This document shows positions 44,901-54,289 of a stretch of DNA of 64,000 nt, in pieces. The position numbers and the translations under genes were made by a program. The notes below the pieces were generated by a model. That model saw only the letters and a list, made by a program, of their open reading frames with translations, searched no databases and was not told the origin of the DNA. This stretch comes from Amoebophrya sp. A120 (taxonomy: Eukaryota; Protista; Dinoflagellata). Where the stretch lies: contig CAJINV010000009.1 in the NCBI GenBank assembly GCA_905178155.1, positions 372,001 to 436,000 on the forward strand, given 5' to 3'. Each line of letters starts with the position of its first letter. The stretch's first letter is position 1.

Positions 44901-45313
44901 AAGATGAGAAGCGCTATATGCTTTTTGTGTGAACATGAAGAAACTACTTCTACGGAGTCAGAGTCTCTTGTCTTCATGTGTGGAAGAGAGTACTTTTTCA
45001 AAAACGAACGACTTGGCGTGCACATACGAGTTTTTCCCGCAGAGACACACTTACTTTGATTTCCCCGGACTATTTTATCGTTCTTCTTCTGCAACAAGAG
45101 CTGCAACTTCGGTGAAAAAGTAGAAGCAATGAGGAACAATCGCACATGCCTCGTCGTTTTCGTATGTAGTGAAATTCGACAAATAAAGAGAAGCGTCGAC
45201 AAATCGAGAAAAGGCCAAAATGAGTTGAAGCATCAAAAATCCGCCACTCTTCATCTAATCCTGTGAATAGCATCGTAGGTCCGAAATCGTTTCAAGAGTT
45301 ATCGATTAATATC

Positions 45314-45332
45314 TGTGAAGGATTCCTTCACA
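45314..45332. repeat. Perfect intergenic palindrome
   Basis: TGTGAAGGA-T-TCCTTCACA, further bracketed by ATCGATT (45301) and AATCGAT (45334). Confidence 0.8.
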
Positions 45333-45458
45333 AAATCGATCTGAAAGCAGAAGCAGGTAGAGCAGCTATGATTTCTTCTACTAGAAGGGTGCATGAATAG
45401 GAATACCAAGACGTGCCATTTTGTCGACTATTGCTAGCCATTGGAACTTCTTGAGAAG

Positions 45459-47657
45459 ATGCCGGCCCACCTCTGGTCCCACATGCTGGACGATGTGGAC
45501 TTTTGGTCGGGATTCAGTGGTGGCGGTCACGCGCACGCGGCTGCATCGACTACAAGCAGCAAGCTAATAACGAGTTTTTCCTCTGCTCCCACACAGGCCA
45601 CTCATGATTCCTCCTCTCATCATCCTCACGACGCAGGAGCCACACAAGCCTCGGCAGTCGGCACAAGCAGTAGTTCAAGTTCAAGTTCCTCGGCAAGTAG
45701 CAGCTCCTCCTCCTCTACCGCCCCCAGCAGCAGTGCGAAAGTGGTTGAGGAGCAACTACCGCGCCACCCGGAGATCCGCGTGGACATGCTGAACAACAAC
45801 AATTCGCAGTACTACGGGGATTTCATGCTGGGCACGCCACCGCAGCCGTTCACGGCGGTGATGGACACGGGCAGTGGGCTGATCTGGGTTCCGGGCAAGA
45901 AGTGCGCGACCGACGTGTGCGCGGACCACCACCAGTATGACGAGGCGGCGAGCAGTACGAAGCGGGTGATCCCGTCGGAAGTGGGGGCCACGACGGTGAT
46001 CCACTACGGCACCGGGTCTGTACACTACCAGCAGTCGGAAGACACGCTGCGGCTGTGCGACTCCAAGCTGAACCCGAACTGCCGCGACCTCGGAAAGAAC
46101 GCCCTGCACATTCCCGCACAAACCATGGGGACCAGCTTGACGCAAACGTCGGAGCCCTTCAAGTGGTTGCCTTTCGACGGGATCTTTGGTTTGGCGCCGT
46201 CTGCCTCGAAGGGGTCCGCCTTGCACTCGATCCGGAAGGCAAAAGTTCTCGCGCACAACATGCTGGGGTAAGATGCAGTTTGAAGTAGGCTACTAGTTCT
46301 ACTTCCTCAAACGCAGCGGCAGCTTCTTTTACGTCTGTCCCAGGCGATTTGATGATTATTTCTTTGTTGTTTGAGTTTTATCGCAGAAAACTCGACAGTG
46401 CCCAGACAGTTTCTCGCCCACCTAGAGGCGAGCGCACATGTTAGTTTTATCGTTTCATAAATCATAAAAATTATTCAGGTGCTATTTGAGCGAGGACACG
46501 CACCGGACGGGGAGTCTTTCGTTCGGCGGGATCGAGCCGCAGTACATCGCGAAGGGGCACCCTCTGTACTGGCACACGACGACGCACCCGAAGGAGTGGC
46601 AGGTCGCGATCGCCGACGTGGAGGTGAACGGGTATGCGGTTCTCAAACGTTACATTCTCAACTGTTACATGAATTTGTGATGCAAAAATGGCAAAAGTGA
46701 AATTGATACATACCGGGGATCTTGTGCGTCTTGCATGACTACAGATTTGGTGCCGATTATGAGCCTGTCTGGCCCTCTGAGAATTTGTCATGCGAAGCAG
46801 CTTGATGGCCATGGCGTCGATTCTAAAGGCAGTTTTGCATTGCAAACCATCCATGTAACAGATGAGAGTGTAACGTTTGAGAGCGCCATAACGGGGAGAA
46901 GCAGCACGCGTGCGACAGCTACCCGAACAAGGAGTGTCTGGCGGTGGTGGACACGGGATCTTCGTTGATCACGGGCCCGGCGGAGGAGATGGACCCGCTG
47001 CTGCAGAAGATGCAGCTGGACACGAGTTGCAAAAGGCTGGACAAGATGCCCACCGTGAACCTGTTGTTGAAATCCGACGACGGCCTGATCCGCTACCCGC
47101 TCACCCCGCAGGAGTACACCCTGGCGGACATGAACGAGCAGACGGAGCAGCCGGAGTGCGAGCTGGGCTTCGGCTCGATGGACGTGCCGGGCAAGAAGTG
47201 GGTGCTCGGGGACACCTTCCTCCGCCGCTACTACAGCATCTACGACGACGACAAGGGTCGGGTCGGGTTCGTGCGCTCGGTGCACCCCGGCGAAGTGGCA
47301 GCGCCGGAGCCGACGAATCTGGTGGTGGGCGCGAAAGAAGCGGACGCCAAAGCCTTTCCCCGTGTCGCGGTGTCTAGCTTCTTCGCCGCAGGTTGCACGG
47401 GGGCCGCTGGCGGAGTGGCGACAGCGGCGAGCTGGCTCGGGCTCTCCGGGTTTGTGGCCGCGACTTCGGAAGTGAAACAGCCGCCTCACGGAGTAGAACG
47501 TAAGCATCGAGGCTCAACAAGTCGAAATAAATCCTCACCGCCTTATTTCGGCGTCCAGTGGTGTCACGAGCACTTCAATCATGGAGATTCTGGGCTTGTT
47601 GTGAGGAGATCCTCGGTGTGTATGCCAGGAACTCTCCAGCATGGTGCGTTCTTTTGA
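45459..47657 (+). CDS. A1-family aspartic protease (pepsin/cathepsin D/plasmepsin-like), 3 exons: 45459-46267, 46479-46631, 46895-47657
   Basis: NSQYYGDFMLGTPPQPFTAVMDTGSGLIWVP, HYGTG, PFDGIFGLA, GSLSFGG, WQV, AVVDTGSSLITGP and WVLGDTFLRRYYSIYD. Intron 1 is GT-AG at 46268-46478. The true start may lie further upstream. Confidence 0.93.
46632..46894 (+). mobile_element. Introner-like non-canonical intron (263 nt, GT...GG) with ~39-bp terminal inverted repeats
   Basis: TATGCGGTTCTCAAACGTTACATTCTCAACTGTTACATG (46633-46671) matches the reverse complement of 46852-46890 (TATGGCGCTCTCAAACGTTACACTCTCATCTGTTACATG). ACGGG is duplicated at 46628-46632 and 46891-46895. Removal gives DVEVNGEKQHAC..CLAVVDTG. 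Confidence 0.88.
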
Positions 47658-48674
47658 AAAAGGAGCGGCCGTTGTAGAGTCTTTCCAAGAACTTGATGAA
47701 CTAAAGTTATCGGGATGTTTGGCTTGCCATTGATTTATTTCTAGATTTTGAATTTGATTTTTCTTACTGTCACTAGCTTCACCTCAGTTCTTTCACGTGA
47801 CAGAATTTAGTCCCGAACTTTGTCCCGCTGGATGTGTTTGTATGTCTAGTTTGTCACACTATTGCTGAACTTGTTAGGTTTTTCCTTTTCGTTGTCGAAC
47901 TCGCAATAATGAACGCTTTCTCGTCGCCGATTTCTTCTGGACCTTTTAAATTTCGACTCCTACGCCGGATGTGGTCAATTTCGTTTTTCTCACTGGCCGC
48001 ACCAGTTATACCGCATCCGGCAACAGTTATCGATGAGCTTTTGTTTTGGTCGGAGCAGAAGATGTGCTTCATCGATGTGGACAACTGCTCCATGAACTTC
48101 TTTTGTTTTTTGTTTTCAAAAAATAGAGATTGATGTACCTGCCGCCTCCGTTGTATCTATAAGATGCAATCATCCAATATTGTTATGTTACGGAACGAGC
48201 AATTTCGATATAGCCCGGCAAGCGTTGCTTTTGAACGCGAAGTAGCGTCAGGCTCACCTGCTCCAGGTACGTGCATTCGCATGCCCTCGATGATCGCCTC
48301 TCTGAGTGACTGTGCCGCGACTTCGTACACATTCATTTTCAAATGCTACCACGCAGTAATGGAAAGAAGAAGGGAACGAAGAAGGAAACTGTGCGAAATC
48401 GTCAGAGCGAAAAATTCAAATTCGTCTTTTATGCGAGTCGGGAGGGATTCGGATTCAGAAAAGTCTGAAAAATTGCTGTTTTTGTCTCGTCGGAGACCAG
48501 CAGTGCGAGGCAACGAACTCGTGGGCTATTTCTGTCAGGTCAACATTTACATCTAGAGCTTGTTTTGAAAACGAGAGAACGACGGATCTTGAACCACAGC
48601 ATTTCATATTCCAGTCAGACAAAGGAAGACACTGATTAGCGTCTCCCACTTGCACTTAGACTTACTACGCAGAG

Positions 48675-51470
48675 ATGGGATCAGCTCTCGCTGTTGATTC
48701 TCCAGAAGGCGCTCTTTCGCCGCCGCGCACAAACGCGTCCGCACATCAGGACGAGTTGTCAACATCAGCCACGATGGACGCCGAGGAAAATACGTCGAGT
48801 GGAAGTGCGACTGGCGCAGCAGGAGCATCCATGGATGGTTCACACGCCGGGCAGCAGCCACAAGTTTCCGTTGGGGAACACACTTTGACGCAATTTCTCA
48901 TTACCACAAACACTTACATGCTGGAAATGCGTGCCAGTGTCAACGACTTGAAGCGGGACCTTGAGCGGATGAAAAAACAACGGGATCACCTGTTGCGTCA
49001 CGGAGCGGGATCGTTGCGGACCTCGACTCCCAATCAGAATGAGAATTCGCTTATCGACGACACCAGCTTCAGCACCTCCGTTGGCGGCTGGGTGGCAGCT
49101 GGGTCTCCTGCGTTGCCGACGTCGCGTCGCTGTCGTTCCGTGCCGCGCACAATGCGAGTGCGGTCGTACCCGTCGCTGCAAGTAGTGGATCTGCCTCTGA
49201 ACGCGGGCACAGAAGATGTTGCAAACGCCGGCGTCATCTCCACGAACCACGTTGATAGGACCGATTCCCAGACTTCTGACGCTTCCATCGCAAACCTGGT
49301 CGTGCAAGATGTCCTGATTGGAGCTGTAGCAGGTGCAGGAGCTTCCCTGCTTTCTCTGGCAACAGCGAACGAAGTGGGAGTGGCGACGAACAGTCACAGT
49401 CAACCCGAAGCACAGCCAGCCACTGGTGCAGAAGAAGACGCATCAGTACGGTGGGCCGACGACGCCACCACACTATCCAGCACAAGTACTGCTGCTGCAG
49501 CTGCTCCAGCGCAGGGCGGATCCACTAACCATTTGAACCTTTTCGCCGCGGCGTTGTCCCCGGAGGAAGGCGTCTTGCTGCAGAACCTCTGGAGCTTTCC
49601 AAGCAGGTTCGCAAACATGCTATATCTTGTTCCGAGTGAAGGTGAAGCACCAGTGGAGCAAGGAGCAGGTACAGTAGTTCAAGCCACAGCTACTACTGAT
49701 GCTTCTGTAGCCAATGAGGATCCTCCTGTGCCACTTTCAGAAGCAGAAGAGGTTATCGTTGAAAACCACAACGCGCAAACGGGTCCCTCGCTCGTCACTG
49801 CGGGTAGTACAAGTGCAGGAGGGGATGAAAGGCTGGCACCCGCCACTCAGGCACCTGCTGCTGCTGCTGGTGCCACTACCGGTGCCGTGGCGGACGTCGC
49901 ATCAACTGCAGCGCCTGTTCAACAGGGCTCGAACCAAGTCCAAGACCGCAATGATCAGTCAGCTTCAACGACGTCCCGTGCAGACGCCTACACATACGGC
50001 GATCGGGAACTGGCGACCTGTCTCGTTGGTCAGCTGGTTGCCGACATTCTGACGGAGAACCGGGCGGCGAAAGCCGGCGGCGAAGGGAGCTTCAGCAGCA
50101 CGAGCCTAGCGGTTGACAGTCACCGGCTCCTGTCATTTACGTTCTCAAGCAACTACATTGATCGCGCGGAGGGTGTTGAGGATAATTCCACTTCAACTTC
50201 ATCTGGTCTCGACGACTGTAGTACGGCGCGCCGAGGAACAAATCGTTGCCGTTCACTCCAGAACATAGCTCTCGGGCAAGATGCAGACCGACTTTTCTAC
50301 GACGTGCCGGCGTCACTTTCCAAGAAAGACGTGAAGTTCCGAGTCTACGCCGATCCGAAGGATGACGCGCACGCGTTCCGCTACCGGGTGTTGCAGCTTT
50401 CCCAGCAAATCGCCCGAGACCAGGCCTTCATGAGGATCAACGACACTGTGCGGATGTACAACGCAGCCGAGGTCGAAATAAAAACTACCAAGAAAATTGA
50501 TGCCGACGGCACTACTACTGAAAATTCGCAGGAAAAAACTACAAACGACGAAAAAGCAAGCACACGATCGCCGGCGCGCGACATTGAGAATCTTGTGAAG
50601 TTTTTGCACGACATGGACTACAATGGCACGGCCAACAACTTTCTGACCGCGTTTCGCGATTTGTTTCCGTTTTCCGTGTCGTCCGAGCTCTCGTCGGTGA
50701 AAAGCGACCCAATTCTGAAGGAAATCTGGAATGAGCACTCCCGGCAGAATCGTGCGGGTTCACTGAGTAGTAGCAGCGGAATGGTCGTACCAGCGAAGCA
50801 TCATCAGGAAGATCATTTTGGGGAGAAAAGTAGCAGTTCCTCTTTTGATGTGCCGATGGCGGCAAGGGAAATGGCTCTGAATGCGATCCACGCGCACAAA
50901 CTGCAGCATGACTTGGAGAATCTGATGCTGGAGTTCTACCTGAAGCGCACCTTTCACATTCCGTTTGTCGATGATAATGCTGATTCGACACTTCCTGGAA
51001 GCGGTAGCGGAGCGGCCTTCGCTTCCGGCGCTTTCGGAGATGCCAGCGACAGAAGACGTGATAGTTCTTCTGGGGAAGATCATAGTAACACTCCGGGGGA
51101 TCTTCATGGAGATGAACTCTTCTGTGCGCCCGCCGCTGTGCAGGAAGTAGCGCGTTCGTCTTCATCGTCTTCTTTCTCCGCTAACAAGCAGTCTCCGTCT
51201 GACCAGAACACCCTTTGCTGTGTCTGTTGGACACACGAGAAGGAGTTCGCGTTGCTGCCCTGTTGCCACCTTGCGTTTTGCAAGCACTGCTTGACAGAGA
51301 CCATCCGGACGCGCGGGAGCACGCGACCATCCGCCATGCCGCACCAGGTCGAAGCGCGCGTGCGGATTTTGAGTCAAGACCAACACCGCAGCGGGTCTCT
51401 GGAGTTCTGCGGGCTGAAATGTCCGATCTGCCGTGTATCGGCAAAGGCCTGGCTCAGAGTTTTTCATTAG
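48675..51470 (+). CDS. Protein with C-terminal C3HC4 RING finger (putative E3 ubiquitin ligase) and N-terminal coiled coil
   Basis: CCVCWTHEKEFALLPCCHLAFCKHC...KCPICRVSAKAWLRVF at the extreme C-terminus. Confidence 0.82.
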   Translation: MGSALAVDSPEGALSPPRTNASAHQDELSTSATMDAEENTSSGSATGAAGASMDGSHAGQQPQVSVGEHTLTQFLITTNTYMLEMRASVNDLKRDLERMKKQRDHLLRHGAGSLRTSTPNQNENSLIDDTSFSTSVGGWVAAGSPALPTSRRCRSVPRTMRVRSYPSLQVVDLPLNAGTEDVANAGVISTNHVDRTDSQTSDASIANLVVQDVLIGAVAGAGASLLSLATANEVGVATNSHSQPEAQPATGAEEDASVRWADDATTLSSTSTAAAAAPAQGGSTNHLNLFAAALSPEEGVLLQNLWSFPSRFANMLYLVPSEGEAPVEQGAGTVVQATATTDASVANEDPPVPLSEAEEVIVENHNAQTGPSLVTAGSTSAGGDERLAPATQAPAAAAGATTGAVADVASTAAPVQQGSNQVQDRNDQSASTTSRADAYTYGDRELATCLVGQLVADILTENRAAKAGGEGSFSSTSLAVDSHRLLSFTFSSNYIDRAEGVEDNSTSTSSGLDDCSTARRGTNRCRSLQNIALGQDADRLFYDVPASLSKKDVKFRVYADPKDDAHAFRYRVLQLSQQIARDQAFMRINDTVRMYNAAEVEIKTTKKIDADGTTTENSQEKTTNDEKASTRSPARDIENLVKFLHDMDYNGTANNFLTAFRDLFPFSVSSELSSVKSDPILKEIWNEHSRQNRAGSLSSSSGMVVPAKHHQEDHFGEKSSSSSFDVPMAAREMALNAIHAHKLQHDLENLMLEFYLKRTFHIPFVDDNADSTLPGSGSGAAFASGAFGDASDRRRDSSSGEDHSNTPGDLHGDELFCAPAAVQEVARSSSSSSFSANKQSPSDQNTLCCVCWTHEKEFALLPCCHLAFCKHCLTETIRTRGSTRPSAMPHQVEARVRILSQDQHRSGSLEFCGLKCPICRVSAKAWLRVFH

Positions 51471-51657
51471 GTAGGTCTATCTCTACTTTCCCTACGCAAA
51501 TTTTGCAGATCGCCACCCGGACTTTCCGAGTTCTGGGATGATGCTCCGGAGCTGAGAGATTTTTGTACTTCGAGCTGATATTTTTCTTCAGATTCATTTG
51601 CAAAACAAGTGAGAATTTTGCAAAACAAGATTAAATGAAAAAATGACGTCTAAGAGG

Positions 51658-51676
51658 ACTCTATCTTAGATAGAGT
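51658..51676. repeat. Perfect intergenic palindrome, preceded by a 13-bp direct repeat
   Basis: ACTCTATCT-T-AGATAGAGT. TTTGCAAAACAAG occurs at 51597 and 51617. Confidence 0.75.
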
Positions 51677-52320
51677 TTTTCCCCTCTGCTCCTGCACGGG
51701 TCATGCAGACGAAAATGAACTTACGAGAGCTTTGTTTTAGTTTACCTTTTCTTTCAAATGAACTTACCGACGAACGAACTTTTATTTTGTTGCCGGGCAC
51801 AATAAATGCCGAATTTGAATGAAAGCCGTCTAGTCGATACAATGATCACCCTTCCAAACAAATAAAGAACTCACCGAAACGATTTGGACTCCTGTTACTT
51901 TGACACGAGAACATGAACAACGAACTCTTCTTTTCGCTTTCGATTTTGGTTTCGCTTGTCTAAAGATTGCCAGTTCCTTCGGGTGTGCGGTGGTATTGAT
52001 GCCGCAGCGTTTGCCGATACACCCTTTCAAACGGACATCGGTCTTGTTTTCCGACCATGTACCTACAGCCATTGTGTTCGTGTGAGTATGAAGAACCGTT
52101 TACGTTTTTCATCCCAGTAACAGATGGAAGGTGAAGCGATTTCTGTGGAGAGAGGAGGTGTGTGCCAAATGGCTACTTGCTTCATCTATCTGGAGCGACA
52201 TGTGTTTTGCCGATTCAAGGCAACGTCTTGGCTGCGTCATTTTTCACCTGTTTTTCCTCTTTGAGTGCTGTCTTGCTTTTGGAGCAGACTGGTTTTAAAA
52301 AATCAAGCCTACTGAAAAAA

Positions 52321-53907
52321 ATGCCCGCCTCCGCGTCGCAGCGAAGCAAGCGGAAGGGGAATCAAAAATGCAAGACAGACGACGTTGCGGCTCCAATCGA
52401 GCAACGAGAGAACGCAGCGACCCCGCCCACCGCACGTACGTCTACAGCTCCCGATTTCGAGGGCACCGACCTGCTAGCAAACCAGATTTACGCCAAGTTG
52501 CTGAATACGCTCCGTCTGAAATACGAGAGAATCGTCGCGAAGCCGGAGTGGTGGTGGATTCAAGACGAATGTCTGGCGCTGGTGGCGAAGCAATTGAAGA
52601 AGAACGACTACGCCTTTATCGACGGTTTTCTGCCCGCGAACACCGCGCTCCGGCTCCGAACAGAGGTGCAGAAGTGCGACGCCGACGGGAGGCTGAACCC
52701 CGCTGGCGTGGTGAATGGAAAAACAGAAACCGCGTACATCGAGCAGAGCACCCGAGGCGACCGTGTCGGCTGGTTCAATACGAACAACGCAGAGTCGTGG
52801 GAACTGAAGGGCGGCGCGGCGGAGGGCATCGACGACGCAAACAAGTGCAGCAGTGACAACTCGGGCTGGAGATACGGCCCGATGCTGGATGACACGGGCA
52901 TGAAGGTTTCCACTCTGGTGAACGAGCTGAAAGTGTACTTCCCCCCGAAGGAAGACCTGGACCGGATCAACTCCCGTTCGCACCACATGGTGGCCTGCTA
53001 CCCGGGCGGAAATGCGCGGTACACGAAGCACTACGACAACGACGGAAAGCATCCGCAGCTCTCGAAGCGCGTGCTAACGTGTCTGGTGTACTTGAACCCG
53101 GAAATGGAAATCGACGGCGGAAGTCTGTGCGTGTACAAGGCGGATGACTCCGATTGCCTGCGCTCCGCGGTCGCGCCGAAGCTGGGTCGGTTACTGCTGT
53201 TCTTCAGTGACAAGCGCGTGCCGCACGAGGTACGCCCGAGTAAAACGATGCGTTACAGCGTCACCACGTGGTTCCTGGACAGCAACGGAAGGGGTGCGGG
53301 GAGTGAGGCGGATGCGAGCTACCCAGCATCGACGACTGCTGTTGCAGAGGTTGGACAAGACGAAGCGACAAAGTCATCGTCGGGCACCAGTACGAAAACG
53401 CCTGTGTCTGAAACTGAATGTGAGCAACAGGACCAAGCGCCCGTCGACGATAAAGAAAAGGACAAACTACAGACGACGTCACAAATCAAAGATGATGCCT
53501 CCGACAACACGCTCCTGAGCGAACTTCACAGAGACAATGGCAACGGGAAAGGGGTAGACATAGAAAAGCAAAGAGAGGATATCAGTACAGCAAAGACCAA
53601 CGGGAGTATGAGTAAGTCACTGTCTCGTATTGAAAGTGAAACTGACACGAGCTCGGCACTGCGTAGCAGAGCACAGTTCCAGATTAGCTGGAAGGATCGA
53701 ACCACGTTGGAGATTTTTGTCGATGGGGACAATGTCGAATGTCCGGAGTTGGAGTTTAATGGCAAGGAAATCCGGATTCTGAACAGTGATGGCGGCGTCG
53801 CGGCACAGGTTGTGGTGGAGTACAGAACGAGTAGCTACTCGTGCAAGTGGAGCTCGAAGAAGAGAAGACTGCAGGTTCTCTTTGTGGCGGAGGAACCATC
53901 AGGATAA
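52321..53907 (+). CDS. EGLN/PHD-like prolyl 4-hydroxylase (2OG-Fe(II) dioxygenase) with small C-terminal beta domain (CS/PIH1-like)
   Basis: YAFIDGFL, TRGDRVGW, MVACYPGGNARYTKHYDN (HxD at 53029), RVLTCLVYLN, GRLLLFFSDKRVPHEVRP and RYSVTTWF. The C-terminus ends KWSSKKRRLQVLF. Confidence 0.87.
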   Translation: MPASASQRSKRKGNQKCKTDDVAAPIEQRENAATPPTARTSTAPDFEGTDLLANQIYAKLLNTLRLKYERIVAKPEWWWIQDECLALVAKQLKKNDYAFIDGFLPANTALRLRTEVQKCDADGRLNPAGVVNGKTETAYIEQSTRGDRVGWFNTNNAESWELKGGAAEGIDDANKCSSDNSGWRYGPMLDDTGMKVSTLVNELKVYFPPKEDLDRINSRSHHMVACYPGGNARYTKHYDNDGKHPQLSKRVLTCLVYLNPEMEIDGGSLCVYKADDSDCLRSAVAPKLGRLLLFFSDKRVPHEVRPSKTMRYSVTTWFLDSNGRGAGSEADASYPASTTAVAEVGQDEATKSSSGTSTKTPVSETECEQQDQAPVDDKEKDKLQTTSQIKDDASDNTLLSELHRDNGNGKGVDIEKQREDISTAKTNGSMSKSLSRIESETDTSSALRSRAQFQISWKDRTTLEIFVDGDNVECPELEFNGKEIRILNSDGGVAAQVVVEYRTSSYSCKWSSKKRRLQVLFVAEEPSG

Positions 53908-54289
53908 AAGTGGTCTAGCATGATGGCAATCTTTACTCCCGAACAACGTGGCAGATTTTCGTCCGAGCCTTTCTATGGTGCGTCGAAGTCGAAGAGGAAG
54001 TGGAAGAATCCTTCAGAGCATAACAAATTCACTCGTGAAACGGTGTGCAATCGTGACATGGACGATGTTCCGATTTTGATGTCAGGTTTATGTTTGTGGC
54101 TCTGGCCGTTTTTTTTGTTTTTGTCCTTTCCACAATTTGAAGTAAGCAGGAGGGGGCTACAGTACTGTATCTAATCTTTTTTTCCCCATCCCGTTCTTGC
54201 TACCACTAGTACGACTACGACCTCCCCCAGAACCCGTACCCAACCAGCAACTAACGCTCCAGCGTGAGTAGCCTTCAGAGCCCAACAAG

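Noticed and set aside
45415-45423. GCCATTTTG upstream of the aspartic protease, resembling part of the dinoflagellate spliced leader
   Set aside because: Only 9 nt match, which is compatible with chance.
47834-48556. Short + strand ORFs (99 and 130 aa) before the RING gene
   Set aside because: AT-rich, UTR-like composition with no motifs and no convincing splice link.
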